A stretch of 64,000 nt of DNA from Macrostomum lignano (Eukaryota), in contig NIVC01000296.1 of the NCBI GenBank assembly GCA_002269645.1, positions 124,001-188,000 of the forward strand, written 5' to 3'. The notes beneath the pieces were generated by a model. That model saw nothing but the letters and a program-made list of their open reading frames with translations, was not told the DNA's origin and did not search any database. Shown one piece after another: positions 31,312 through 44,100 of this stretch. The position numbers were made by a program, and so were the translations under genes. Each line of letters begins with the position of its first letter. Positions within the stretch are counted from its first letter, which is position 1.

Positions 31312-32310
31312 ATGAAAGCCATGCGCATTAGCCAACTGTGCCATCGGCTCTGCATCGACATCGGATTCGGTCGCTGGGCCTACATCTTCGGCGCCACCAG
31401 CCTAGTCATGGGATTCGTGATCGAGATGATCTGCCTCGGCATCATTGTGATCCCCTACCTGCGCGAGAATGAATTCTCGCCGGCCACCTGCCGCTACCTG
31501 ACAAGCAGCTACACCGGTAGCCAGTTCTGCCAGGACGTAGCAGACAATGATCCATCCAGCTTTCCGTGCCTGCTTGCTCGGGTTAACTTCACGACCGCGA
31601 CTGCGCCCGTGCAGTCGGGAGAGGCTGCGATCTACCTCATCTATTCTTATTATGCTGCCGCGTCGCTCAATTCGATGGTGGGTTCTGAAAATTAAAAAAA
31701 ATGCTCTTGCATGTAGAGCTGACAGGAGGCACCCTGGCGCAATGCCTTCGGCGATATTGTCCCACAGCCAAACCAATTGAGGCAATTCTGCCCATTTCAC
31801 TGAATCCTGAGCACATGCAAGCGCGCAAATACTGTACGCAGACACGCACTCGCGCACACAGCTCACACAGGGTGTACAGCAGCCCTGACTTTCTAATCGT
31901 CAGGCATGTACAATCTCTGTGCCCTGCAGGTGTTGGCTCTCATGGGTGTGAAGCCAAAACATTAATGAGTTCCCGCACGGAATCGAACCAAGAGTCTTAG
32001 CACGAGAGCCTCGTCACGATATTTCCAGTGCGCCTCGAGAATCTGCTACAAGGACCGACAAATGAACGCCGCTCAGATTGCCAATTTGAACAAGACACTG
32101 TACGCCTCGGGCCAAAACTACTCGTGCTACATTCGCTCGGAGTCCAACGGCGTGGACTACTCGGCACTCTATGGCCGCGAGTTCAGCGAGACTCTGGTGT
32201 TCCACTGCATCCTGTGGCCTTCGCTGATATTTGGCCTGGGCCTGCTGCTCATCTGGATTGTGCTCTGCGCGGTGGGCTGCAAGGTGTGGACCAGCCAGAT
32301 CAGCTACTGA
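31312..32310 (+). CDS. BK (Ca2+-activated K+) channel beta-subunit-like (KCNMB/CaKB-fold) two-TM protein, 215 aa; exons 31312-31677 and 32029-32310
   Basis: Phase-0 join ATG|gtgggt...ttccag|TGC. N-terminal TM, Cys-rich loop with FPCL, C-terminal LVFHCILWPSL plus TM. Confidence 0.78.
31740..32000 (-). mobile_element. Diverged SINE-A-related copy filling most of the intron of the BK-beta-like gene
   Basis: B box GGTTCGATTCC, GAGAGCCAAC and the TGTACATGCCTGACGATTAGAAAGTCAGGG core. Confidence 0.7.
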
Positions 32311-32449
32311 TCCAAGAGGCAACCCGTTTCTAGATTTGGGCCTTTAGACAACCGTAATTTTAGCTGAGGCCCATTGATAAGCTGCTTTCGTACTTCCTCT
32401 ATAATTTTATTTCTTTGTTGATGCACGTGCACCCAATGTCACCCCTGTA

Positions 32450-33602
32450 AGCACCTGTCCTTCAGGCTGTCACTTCCTTTAAGAATCAGTCATTCGGTGT
32501 ATCACCCCTGTAAGTAACTGTCCTTCGAGCTGTCACCCCCCTGTAAGTAACTGTCCTTCGAGCTGTCACCCCCTGTAAGTAACTGTCCTTCGAGCTGTCA
32601 CCCTCTGTAAGTAACTGTCCTTCGAGCTGTCACCCCCCTGTAAGTAACTGTCCTTCGAGCTGTCACCCTCTGTAAGTAACTGTCCTTCGAGCTGTCACCC
32701 CCCCCCCTGTAAGTAATTGTCCTTCGAGCTGTCACCCCTGTAAGTAACTGTCCTTCGAGCTGTCACCCTCTGTAAGTAATTGTCCTTCGAGCTGCACCTG
32801 TAAGTAACTGTCCTTCGGGCTGTCACCCCCCCCCCCTGTAAGTAATTGTCCTTCGAGCTGCACCTGTAAGTAACTGTCCTTCGGGCTGTCACCCCCCCCC
32901 TGTAAGTAATTGTCCTTCGAGCTGCACCTGTAAGTAACTGTCCTTCGGGCTGTCACCCCTGTAAGTAACTGTCCTTCGGGCTGTCACCCCTGTAAGTAAC
33001 TGTCCTTCGAGCTGTCACCCCTGTAAGTAACTGTCCTTCGAGCTGTCACCCCTGTAAGTAACTGTCCTTCGAGCTGTCACCCTCTGTAAGTAACTGTCCT
33101 TCGAGCTGTCACCCCTGTAAGTAACTGTCCTTCGAGCTGTCACCCTCTGTAAGTAACTGTCCTTCGAGCTGTCACCCTCTGTAAGTAACTGTCCTTCGAG
33201 CTGTCACCCTCTGTAAGTAACTGTCCTTCGAGCTGTCACCCCCCCCCCTGTAAGTAATTGTCCTTCGAGCTGTCACCCCTGTAAGTAACTGTCCTTCGAG
33301 CTGTCACCCTCTGTAAGTAATTGTCCTTCGAGCTGCACCTGTAAGTAACTGTCCTTCGGGCTGTCACCCCCCCCCCTGTAAGTAATTGTCCTTCGAGCTG
33401 TCACCCCCCCCTGTAAGTAATTGTCCTTCGAGCTGCACCTGTAAGTAACTGTCCTTCGGGCTGTCACCCCTGTAAGTAACTGTCCTTCGGGCTGTCACCC
33501 CTGTAAGTAACTGTCCTTCGAGCTGTCACCCCTGTAAGTAACTGTCCTTCGAGCTGTCACCCTCTGTAAGTAACTGTCCTTCGAGCTGTCACCCCTGTAA
33601 GT
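32450..33602. repeat. ~31-35-bp minisatellite CTGTAAGTAACTGTCCTTCGAGCTGTCACC(C)n
   Basis: Tandem units. Confidence 0.95.
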
Positions 33603-33954
33603 ACCCTTGGTGATTGCTTCCAGTTACCGCTGTAAATGCGTTGAAAAAGCAATAGAAAATCTGTCATTAATTTTTCTCCACCAGCGCAACACCAAGTGTG
33701 TTGAACCAAGATGTTTTAGCAATCAAATTGCAACAGAATATTTGCTAGCTGGTCAAAATAATAAAACAGTATCAAGCTTTCTCACTCTCACAGTCGCGAT
33801 ACCTCGTGAAGAGGGGACGCCTCAAACACTTTCTGATGGATTGTTGGATCCCAATTTACTGAATTAGATTTTATTAGTAGAAATTGCAAGAATGCACTTG
33901 CTATTGCACACGAAATTCAGTTTTCTAACTCTGGTGAGAAGTCTGACTTTTTGG

Positions 33955-35100
33955 CCATGATCCTGAATCTATGATGATTCTGACTCTATGGTAATGATTC
34001 TAACTTATTGGTCATGATTCTGACTCTGGTCATGATTCTGACCTATTGATCATGATTCTGACTCTATGATAATGATTCTGACTCTATGATAATGATTCTG
34101 ACTCTATGATAATGATTCTGACTCTATGATAATGATTCTGACTCTATGATAATGATTCTGACTCATTGATCATGATTCTGACTCTATGATAATGATTCTG
34201 ACTCATTGATCATGATTCTGACTCTATGATAATGATTCTGACTCATTGATCATGATTCTGACTTTTTAGTCATGATTCTGACTCTATGGTAATGATTCTG
34301 ACTCTTTGGTCATGACTCTGACTCTATGATAATGATTCTGACTCTATGATAATGATTCTGACTCTATGATAATGATTCTGACTCTATGATAATGATTCTG
34401 ACTCATTGATCATGATTCTGACTCATTGATCATGATTCTGACTCATTGATCATGATTCTGACTTTTTAGTCATGATTCTGACTCTATGATAATGATTCTG
34501 ACTCTTTGGTCATGATTCTGACTCTTTGGTGATGATTCTGACTCTTTGGTCATGATTCTGACTCTATGATAATGATTCTGACTCTTTGGTCATGACTCTG
34601 ACTCATTGATCATGATTCTGACTCTTTGGTGATGATTCTGACTCTTTGGTGATGATTCTGACTCTTTGGTCATGATTCTGACTCTATGATAATGATTCTG
34701 ACTCTTTGGTCATGACTCTGACTCATTGATCATGATTCTGACTCTTTGGTGATGATTCTGACTCTTTGGTGATGATTCTGACTCTTTGGTGATGATTCTG
34801 ACTCTTTGGTGATGATTCTGACTCTTTGGTCATGATTCTGACTCTTTGGTGATGATTCTGACTCTTTGGTCATGATTCTGACTCTTTGGTCATGATTCTG
34901 ACTCTTTGGTCATGATTCTGACTCTATGATAATGATTCTGACTCATTGATCATGATTCTGACTCTTTGGTGATGATTCTGACTCTATAATAATGATTCTG
35001 ACTCATTGATCATGATTCTGACTCTTTGGTGATGATTCTGACTCTTTGGTGATGATTCTGACACTTTAGCCATGATTGTGACTCTTTGATAATTAATTTT
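33955..35100. repeat. 20-bp minisatellite ATGATTCTGACT + variable 8-mer
   Basis: Strict 20-bp register over about 55 units. Confidence 0.95.
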
Positions 35101-37089
35101 GACTCTGATTAACTTCAGTAGGCTACTCAATAACTCCTCAGTCAGGTGTGACTCAAAATTCTTCAGCCAAGTCTTGAGCCTCTAGAGTGCAACAGCTGCA
35201 GACACTTATGCTATGGATTAAGTGAGCGAGTGTAAATCATTGTTCCCAGTAACTATTTGTGCCATACAGTACGATCCAAAATTAGTAGACAAAATTCTAA
35301 GCACGAAAACCATTTTATAGTTGGTAGAAAAATCACCTCCTTCCTGTTTACTCAATTCAGAAATAATTCGACTTTCTCCCGTATAGATTGGGCCAAGCTG
35401 TTAAAACACTTTTTTACATACGCAGCGCTACGCGACGTTTCAGAAAGCGCGCCAGACTGTAAAAAAAATTGCATTTGTCAGTCAAGTTGATAATTTTGAT
35501 CTTGGAAGTTGATTTATATGAGCTTTATTTATGTGAGCTCAATTTAAAAATATGCAATAAAAGATTTGAAAGCTGAGAGAAAGAGAAAGAGAGCCTATGA
35601 TAGATGAGAGAGGTTGCTCCTGGAATCCTTCTTTGTCTATGGCCGAATTCTCAACTAGCTTGCGTTATTTCCGTCTATCTATGTCTATGGGCAAGACCAA
35701 ATCTACTTCTGCCAAATGGAAATTCTCAATTTGTTTGGCTGAATCATCAACTTGATTTGAGTTTTATTGTTTCAGATTTAGCTCTTGTTGTCTATGGCGA
35801 AATCCAACAAATAATGCTTAAATGCAAATCTAGCTAAAACCGTAGAATATAAACGGAATGATTAATTGCGGGAAAAAACATTCAGGCGAAATAATAAACC
35901 TTAAAACTACTTCTGGGGAAGATTAGTCAGTAGTATTGAACCATAGACAATCTAAAATATTATTTGATTGTTGTTATGGAAATAAAAAACAATTGTATAT
36001 TGGTCAAGTCGACACTGCTGGAAGCCGCAGAAGTCGTGATACCATTTTTCGGACACTAAGCATTATTGTTGGGAAATCTCTCGTTCAGTCCTCGATTTTG
36101 ACAGACTCCAAAATATGCTATAGAAAATATTAATATTGGAATATTGACCGCAAAAAAGTCATCTCCAAAGAAAATTATCGCAAATTTATTTATTACAAAA
36201 ACGAATTATTTGAAATTCTTGATTTGAAATGTTTTGGACCTCTACATCACATACGATGGGGTTATTTTAGATTATTAAAACAATGATCAGCATTCGTAAT
36301 ACTTGCATGGCGGCAAGACAGCACGTACAAGCATAATTTAAAAACGAATTTAAACAAAATTACAATAAAAAATAATGACAAGTCGGTATCAGCTAGCCAG
36401 TGACTTTCGGATCGAAAAATGATCGCGTACAAAATTATAGAGAATTCTGTAAACTCTTAATAAACAACAGGGATGCAGTTTATTTGAATAACCAACTATC
36501 AATCTGTGGTCCAAGGACTGCTTTAGTATAACAGGACGCAGAACTCAAAATTCGTGCAACTTTTTGGAGGCCAATTCCCTCGAAATATTTTTTTATTACA
36601 ATATCAAGAATTGCTTTTTTATCTGGGGCAGTGAAGATACAATTTATTAATTTCGATTGCATAGCATGTGACTCTATTATATATTTTATACAGCTGTGTA
36701 ATGAGAGTTTCATTATCACTATATTTTCTTATTATTTGATGAGCCCAAAGTTGTAAATGCTCACAAGTGGCATTACATGTAGCTTAATTTTTTGTTTTGT
36801 TTTGTTAATTTATATTAGTTCCCATCATACAAAGTTTGTGCATAAAAATTTGGGCCTATGAAAAAAGAAGAAAACAAAATAAAAATGAAAGTTTATATAA
36901 ATTATAACAGAGTAACATGCTGTGCGTGCTAAATTAAAAGAATGGTTATAATCTTCACTGCCCCAGATCAATGCAATCATTGTAGATTTTGTAATGAAAA
37001 AATATTTTTTCCTATCTCCGCAGTGTACTTTTTTCAGGAAATTAGCCTCCAAAAATTACACGATCTTTGAGTTCTACATGGTCATGGCA

Positions 37090-37770
37090 AGGGACAACTT
37101 AAGAAGGACGGAAACCTCGTTTCTTGGAAAATTTTTGAAGGAGGCTTTTCCGAAAAAATGCACTACGGAGATAGGAAGTTTTCATTTTTTCAGCACAAAA
37201 ATTGTTGTTGCTTTTGATTGGAGGCAGATCCAGTGTTCATTTTTTGATATGTTGTGCCTTTCTTATTGCTCTATCAATACTCATAAAGCTCTTCGTTCAA
37301 AGAATTAGGATTCTATGTAATTTTTTATTCTACGTACATTTCCTGTAACTAACAATCATAAAAATGCATGGCACAGCTCCAATCTTTGGTTTTATAAATC
37401 TATTTTATCATCTCTGTTACACATACTTGCTACACAGTCAGCTAGGAATTATAAAATGAAATCTTAAAACCAAAGAGCTGAGCCGTGCCATCTTAATGGT
37501 TTTTAGGCACAAGAATATGTGCAAATATGAATAAAAATTAGCATAGAATCCTAATTCTCTGAACAAAAAGCTTTATGAGTATCGATAGAGCAACAAGAAA
37601 GGCACAACATATCAAAAGATGAACACTGGATCTGCCTCCAATCAAAAGCAACAGCAGTTTTTGTGCTGAAGAAATGAAAACTTCCTATCTCCGTAGTGCA
37701 TTTTTCGGAAAAGCCTACCCTCAAAAACTTTCCAAGAAACGAGGCTTCCCGTCCTTCTTAAGTCGTCCTT
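37090..37770. repeat. Long inverted repeat (~320-bp arms, ~40-bp spacer)
   Basis: 37090-37408 is the reverse complement of 37450-37770, e.g. GGAGGCAGATCCAGTGTTCAT / ATGAACACTGGATCTGCCTCC. Confidence 0.92.
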
Positions 37771-37791
37771 AGGCAGTCGCTCGCCAGTTCG

Positions 37792-38145
37792 TCAGACCAT
37801 CAGCTGGAGGAAGTTGCTGGGCACCAGGCCCTGCGAGCCGTCGCGCTCCAGCTCGCCCAGCAGGAAGCCGTCCTCGTCGACTGGGCCCAGCGGCAGGACA
37901 ACGTCGCCAGCGTTGAATGACAACTCGACATCAGCGTCAGCGTTCGGACTCAGCGTCTTCGGATCGTAGTCGTACAGGGCCACCATGCGGGTTCGACCGT
38001 CAGCCGGTTTGGTGCTGCCAACGCTGCCGAGGCGTCCGCTAGCGGCTTCCATGTGCACCTCGCTGATCATGTTGCCGGGGATCAGGCCGATCCGACTGTT
38101 GCACTCGCCTCTGTAGAAGCCGTCCGAGTCCCGGCTGCCCCACAC
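37792..38145 (-). CDS. RIMBP2: RIM-BP terminal exon (end of SH3-2, SH3-3)
   Basis: cgcag|GTG; DGFYRGE...GLIPGNM; GLVPSNFLQ, then stop. Confidence 0.93.
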   Translation of the reverse strand: MWGSRDSDGFYRGECNSRIGLIPGNMISEVHMEAASGRLGSVGSTKPADGRTRMVALYDYDPKTLSPNADADVELSFNAGDVVLPLGPVDEDGFLLGELERDGSQGLVPSNFLQLMV

Positions 38146-41100
38146 CTGCGGGGGGAGGGGGTTGGTTTAGGATGAAAAGATGCAGAGCAGATTGCAGGGC
38201 TGGCGATTGCCGACTCTTGTCAACTCGGAAAGCAGGCACTTCACTTGAACCAGGCCATTTTGTGCTGAAATAATTAGACTTAGCTAGGGAACACTGGAGA
38301 TGAATAGTTACATCGCCGAGCTGCCATTGCCATTGAATTTGGGGCTTAAATTGGAATCTCGGCTTGGCTCTGCTCGTGCAATTAACGCCCAGCTTGAGGT
38401 CCAACCCCAAGGCACAGTGAATTGTACATGCCTAACGATAAATAAAGTCAGGGCCGCTGTGCACTCCTGTGTGAGTGTGTGCCTGCGCGTATGACTGCGT
38501 ACGTATCTGCGCGCTGGTGTGCCTGCTCAGGGGAGTCGGCGGAATGGGCAGTAATGCCTCTCGCCGGTTGTGTAACAAGTTATAAATATGATTAACATTT
38601 GGGTCTCATGAAGCTTAACGCTACTAGCATTAGACAAAAAGGATTTTTAGCAGTGAGATATTTCAAGTTTGAGACTTCATGTTATACTGATCGTCAACGG
38701 GACGCTCACCTTTATCAGCTGGCCCTCTTTGAACGCCAACTCCACGGCGGCAGCGTCAGGATTCGGGCTCATAACGGCCGGATCGTAGTCGAACAGCGCC
38801 ACAAAGATGCGCGCACCATCGCCGCTGCCAGTAGACGCTCTCACCGTCGTCATGGCCGTCGTTGTCGTCGTCGCCGCCAGATTCGGACGGTGTACAGCTG
38901 GACGCGGTGGCGGAGTTGGCGCCGTGTTGTCGCCGACGCTGACTCTCTGCTGCCGATGATTGTTGGAGCTCCGCTGAGGAAAACCCCGCTGCTGGCCAGA
39001 CAGGTATTCGTCATCGTATTCGCTCTCCGAGTCGCCTGTAAGCAAATAGTGAAGTGCACTACACTACTAATGAGCAGTAGAAAGCAAAAAAGTTTCGTAC
39101 ATAAATAGTACGTACGTAATAGTACGTACATAACGATATGTACATTGAGGACAGGAATTGTTCGACCCAACTTACGAATAGTAGCGGTCTCTGGTGCTGA
39201 AGGATTTCTAATCAGTCGTTTTCGCGCGCTCTCGACAGAAATCTTGCCGGCCTGAAAATTGTAATATACTACTTATAGTAGCCACTGACTGATTTGCATG
39301 AGCAACAGACAGAATAAATAGCTATAAAATTACGATAGCGCCGCTTTGGCAGTAAGGTTTACTAGAATATAACGTAAAATAAATGCGCAGCAGAGGGCAA
39401 AGCAGCTTTACTTGACAACAAATGTACAATTTGCAAGCCACCTATGATTGTGATATCTTTGCGTGGGCTATATGGTCGCAGAATATGTAAAATTTTGCTG
39501 ACATATTTTGTTAACGATGGACGGCTGTGATGTTGATGCATTCATTGAGTATTTGCTTAAATGCTGCAGAAACCCACTGTCTGGATCTACATTCTCACCC
39601 TCTGAATCTACATCCTCACCCACTGAATCTACATCCCCATTCACTGAATCTACATCCTCATTCACTGAATCTACATCCCGAATCACTGAATCTATACATT
39701 CTCACCTACTGAATCTACATCCCGAATCACTGAATCTATACATTCTCACCTACTGAATCTACATCCCCATTCACTGAATCTATACATTCTCACCTACTGA
39801 ATCTACATCCCCATTCACTGAATCTATACATCCTCACCTACTGAATCTACATCCCCATTCACTGAATCTATACATCCTCACCTACTGAATCTACATCCTC
39901 ACCTACTGAATCTACATCCCCATTCACTGAATCTATACATCCTCACCTACTGAATCTACATCCCCATTCACTGAATCTATACATCCTCACCTACTGAATC
40001 TACATCCCCATTCACTGAATCTATACATCCTCACCTACTGAATCTACATCCCCATTCACTGAATCTATACATCCTCACCTACTGAATCTACATCCTCACC
40101 TACTGAATCTACATCCCCATTCACTGAATCTATACATCCTCACCTACTGAATCTACATCCCCATTCACTGAATCTATACATCCTCACCTACTGAATCTAC
40201 ATCCCCATTCACTGAATCTATACATCCTCACCCACTGAATCTACATCCCCATTCACTGAATCTATACATCCTCACCTACTGAATCTACATCCCCATTCAC
40301 TGAATCTATACATCCTCACCTACTGAATCTACATCCCCATTCACTGAATCTATACATCCTCACCTACTGAATCTACATCCTCACCTACTGAATCTACATC
40401 CCCATTCACTGAATCTATACATCCTCACCCACTGAATCTACATCCCCATTCACTGAATCTATACATCCTCACCTACTGAATCTACATCCCCATTCACTGA
40501 ATCTATACATCCTCACCCACTGAATCTACATCCCCATTCACTGAATCTATACATCCTCACCTACTGAATCTACATCCTCACCTACTGAATCTACATCCCC
40601 ATTCACTGAATCTATACATCCTCACCTACTGAATCTACATCCCCATTCACTGAATCTATACATCCTCACCTACTGAATCTACATCCCCATTCACTGAATC
40701 TATACATCCTCACCCACTGAATCTACATCCTCATTCACTGAATCTACATCCTCATGCACTGAATCTACATCCTCACCCACTGAATCTACATTCTCATTCA
40801 CTGAATCTACATCCTCATTCACTGAATCTACATCCTCATTCACTGAATCTACATCCTCATTCACTGAATCTACATCCTCATACACTGTATCCGCATTCTG
40901 ATTCCCTTCACTGAATCTAAATCGTCTCCCACTTCCCTGCATCACAATCCTCATCTACTCTCTTAATCCCTATGTACAGTTGTACACCCGATTTTGCGCT
41001 GGATTCTCACTACTAATAGTAGATAACTATAAAATTCGAATTGTGAATTGAATATTCCATCGGACACAACAGCAAACGGTCGCAGCTGCAAAGCTGTATA

Positions 41101-44100
41101 CACAGGGAACACAGATCCTAATGAATAGCTAATATACTGTGCGCCTTGACAACGTAGCAAGGTACCCAGCAGGACTTTGGAGTCACACTGAACGGCCACC
41201 AAGGGCTGTCCGTGACGCTGTCGCTGCGCTCAACGCGCTGCAACCAACGTCGCGACGTATCCATCGACAATTTCGAAGGCAGCGCCGTCTGCAGACGTCG
41301 TCGTGTCGGCCCGCTAGTGCCAGTCCGACACCGGAAATGCGGCGACTATAGTGGAGATTTTCCGTGTGTTATAAAGAAGACTACACACGCTACTGATACT
41401 TAGATTAAGTAGTGTAAGAAGCGCATTGGCTACACTTGCGGAGTGTCTATAGTTTCGTGTCGTACGATATATTAAATCGTATCGTAAGTTCAGTTCTGCT
41501 AGTTACGAAGCTTGTGGCGAAAAAACTCATAATGCCGGTGGTGCACGACCTCGAAGCTAGACTTTGTCTTCGGCAAGTGCAAGTGCACTTATACTATGCT
41601 GTGTGTGTATTGCCTAAAATCTACGCAACTGACATGCTGAAACACCAAAAAAACCAAAACCGGCTGCTCGTGCGAACTTGCATACTTGCGTGCGCTGCGT
41701 TGCTGTGTCTGCAGCTGTCTAGACTGTGTCTGCAGCTGTCTAGACTGTGTCTGCAGCTGTCTAGACTGTGTCTGCAGCTGTCTAGACTGTGTCTGCAGCT
41801 GTCTAGACTGTGTCTGGAGCTGTCTATACTGTGTCTGCAGATCTCTAGACTGTGTCTGCAGATCTCTAGACTGTGTCTGCAGCTGTCTATACTGTGTCTG
41901 CAGCTGTCTAGACTGTGTCTGCAGCTGTCTATACTGTGTCTGCAGCTGTCTAGACTGTGTCTGCAGCTGTCTAGACTGTGTCTGCAGCTGTCTAGACTGT
42001 GTCTGCAGCTGTCTAGACTGTGTCTGGAGCTGTCTATACTGTGTCTGCAGATCTCTAGACTGTGTCTGCAGCTGTCTATACTGTGTCTGCAGCTGTCTAG
42101 ACTGTGTCTGCAGCTGTCTAGACTGTGTCTGCAGCTGTCTAGACTGTGTCTGCAGCTGTCTAGACTGTGTCTGCAGCTGTCTAGACTGTGTCTGCAGCTG
42201 TATAGACTGTGTCTGCAGCTGTCTAGACTGTGTCTGCAGCTGTCTAGACTGTGTCTGAAGCTGTCTAGACTGTGTCTGCAGCTCTCTAGACTGTCTGCGG
42301 TTTAACAATTTAGTAATAATTTGACCTCCAGCATCCCAACAGAGCAGCTATAACCAGGTGCTATTGAGTTTTCACTGCCCTGTGGAGCAAGTTCGATTGC
42401 CTGCACTTCTGAGAGAACAGTTCACCCAATGGTTTTGAGTGTCCACACACCAGTTCGCAGTGCGGCTCCGAGTCGGCGCTTTCCACTGTCCGGCCGGACC
42501 CGTCCGCTGCCTGGCCAACTGTCCGGACCGTCAGCTTGGTGCAGCCGGGCGGCAGCGAGCTGCTGGCCAGCAGGCAGTGGTCGGAGTTGTCGTCCAGGCA
42601 CTCGGTGACCCGGTGCCTGCAGTCGGCGTACACCGCATAGCCCGTGACGCGGCACCCGTTCGACTCCGGGAAGCCAGACGCTGTGTCGAGGCGCCGACGT
42701 CCGACTGGCAGCCAGGTGAGCAGCAGCGAGCCGTCCTGCGGCCCGGGCTCGGCGGTGACGTCCATCGGCGGGTCGGGGCGGCCGCGCGACCCGGTGCGAA
42801 AGTCCAGCGAGGCGGAGAGCAACGCCGAGGCGGCGGCTGTTGAGGAGGCGACGGCGGCCCGGGCGCGGACGCAAACCCTGTAGGGCGCGTCAGCCGCCAG
42901 GCCGGCTAGCTGCAGCTTGTAGACGCCTGGCGGGCACTGCGAGTGCTCGCGATTGTTGAGCAGCACGACGTGGCCGAGCGACGATGAGGCCGGCACGAAG
43001 AGCAGCTTAGCGGAGGCGTGGGTCACGTGGCTCACCTGTTAAAGTCGGAGATGAGGGCTGGTGTCAGTCAGTCACCCACTCACTTAAGTCAGTCATTCAG
43101 TCAGTCAGTCAGTCAGTCAGTCAGTCAGTCAGTCAGTCAGTCAGTCAGTCAGTCAGTCAGTCAGTCAGTCAGTCAGTCAGTCAGTCAGTCAGTCAGTCAG
43201 TCAGTCAGTCAGTCAGTCAGTCAGTCAGTCAGTCAGTCAGTCAGTCAGTCAGTCAGTCAGTCAGTCAGTCAGTCAGTCAGTCAGTCAGTCAGTCAGTCAG
43301 TCAGTCAGTCAGTCAGTCAGTCAGTCAGTCAGTCAGTCAGTCAGTCAGTCAGTCAGTCAGTCAGTCAGTCAGTCAGTCAGTCAGTCAGTCAGTCAGTCAG
43401 TCAGTCAGTCAGTCAGTCAGTCAGTCAGTCAGTCAGTCAGTCAGTCAGTCAGTCAGTCAGTCAGTCAGTCAGTCAGTCAGTCAGTCAGTCAGTCAGTCAG
43501 TCAGTCAGTCAGTCAGTCAGTCAGTCAGTCAGTCAGTCAGTCAGTCAGTCAGTCAGTCAGTCAGTCAGTCAGTCAGTCAGTCAGTCAGTCAGTCAGTCAG
43601 TCAGTCAGTCAGTCAGTCAGTCAGTCAGTCAGTCAGTCAGTCAGTCAGTCAGTCAGTCAGTCAGTCAGTCAGTCAGTCAGTCAGTCAGTCAGTCAGTCAG
43701 TCAGTCAGTCAGTCAGTCAGTCAGTCAGTCAGTCAGTCAGTCAGTCAGTCAGTCAGTCAGTCAGTCAGTCAGTCAGTCAGTCAGTCAGTCAGTCAGTCAG
43801 TCAGTCAGTCAGTCAGTCAGTCAGTCAGTCAGTCAGTCAGTCAGTCAGTCAGTCAGTCAGTCAGTCAGTCAGTCAGTCAGTCAGTCAGTCAGTCAGTCAG
43901 TCAGTCAGTCAGTCAGTCAGTCAGTCAGTCAGTCAGTCAGTCAGTCAGTCAGTCAGTCAGTCAGTCAGTCAGTCAGTCAGTCAGTCAGTCAGTCAGTCAG
44001 TCAGTCAGTCAGTCAGTCAGTCAGTCAGTCAGTCAGTCAGTCAGTCAGTCAGTCAGTCAGTCAGTCAGTCAGTCAGTCAGTCAGTCAGTCAGTCAGTCAG

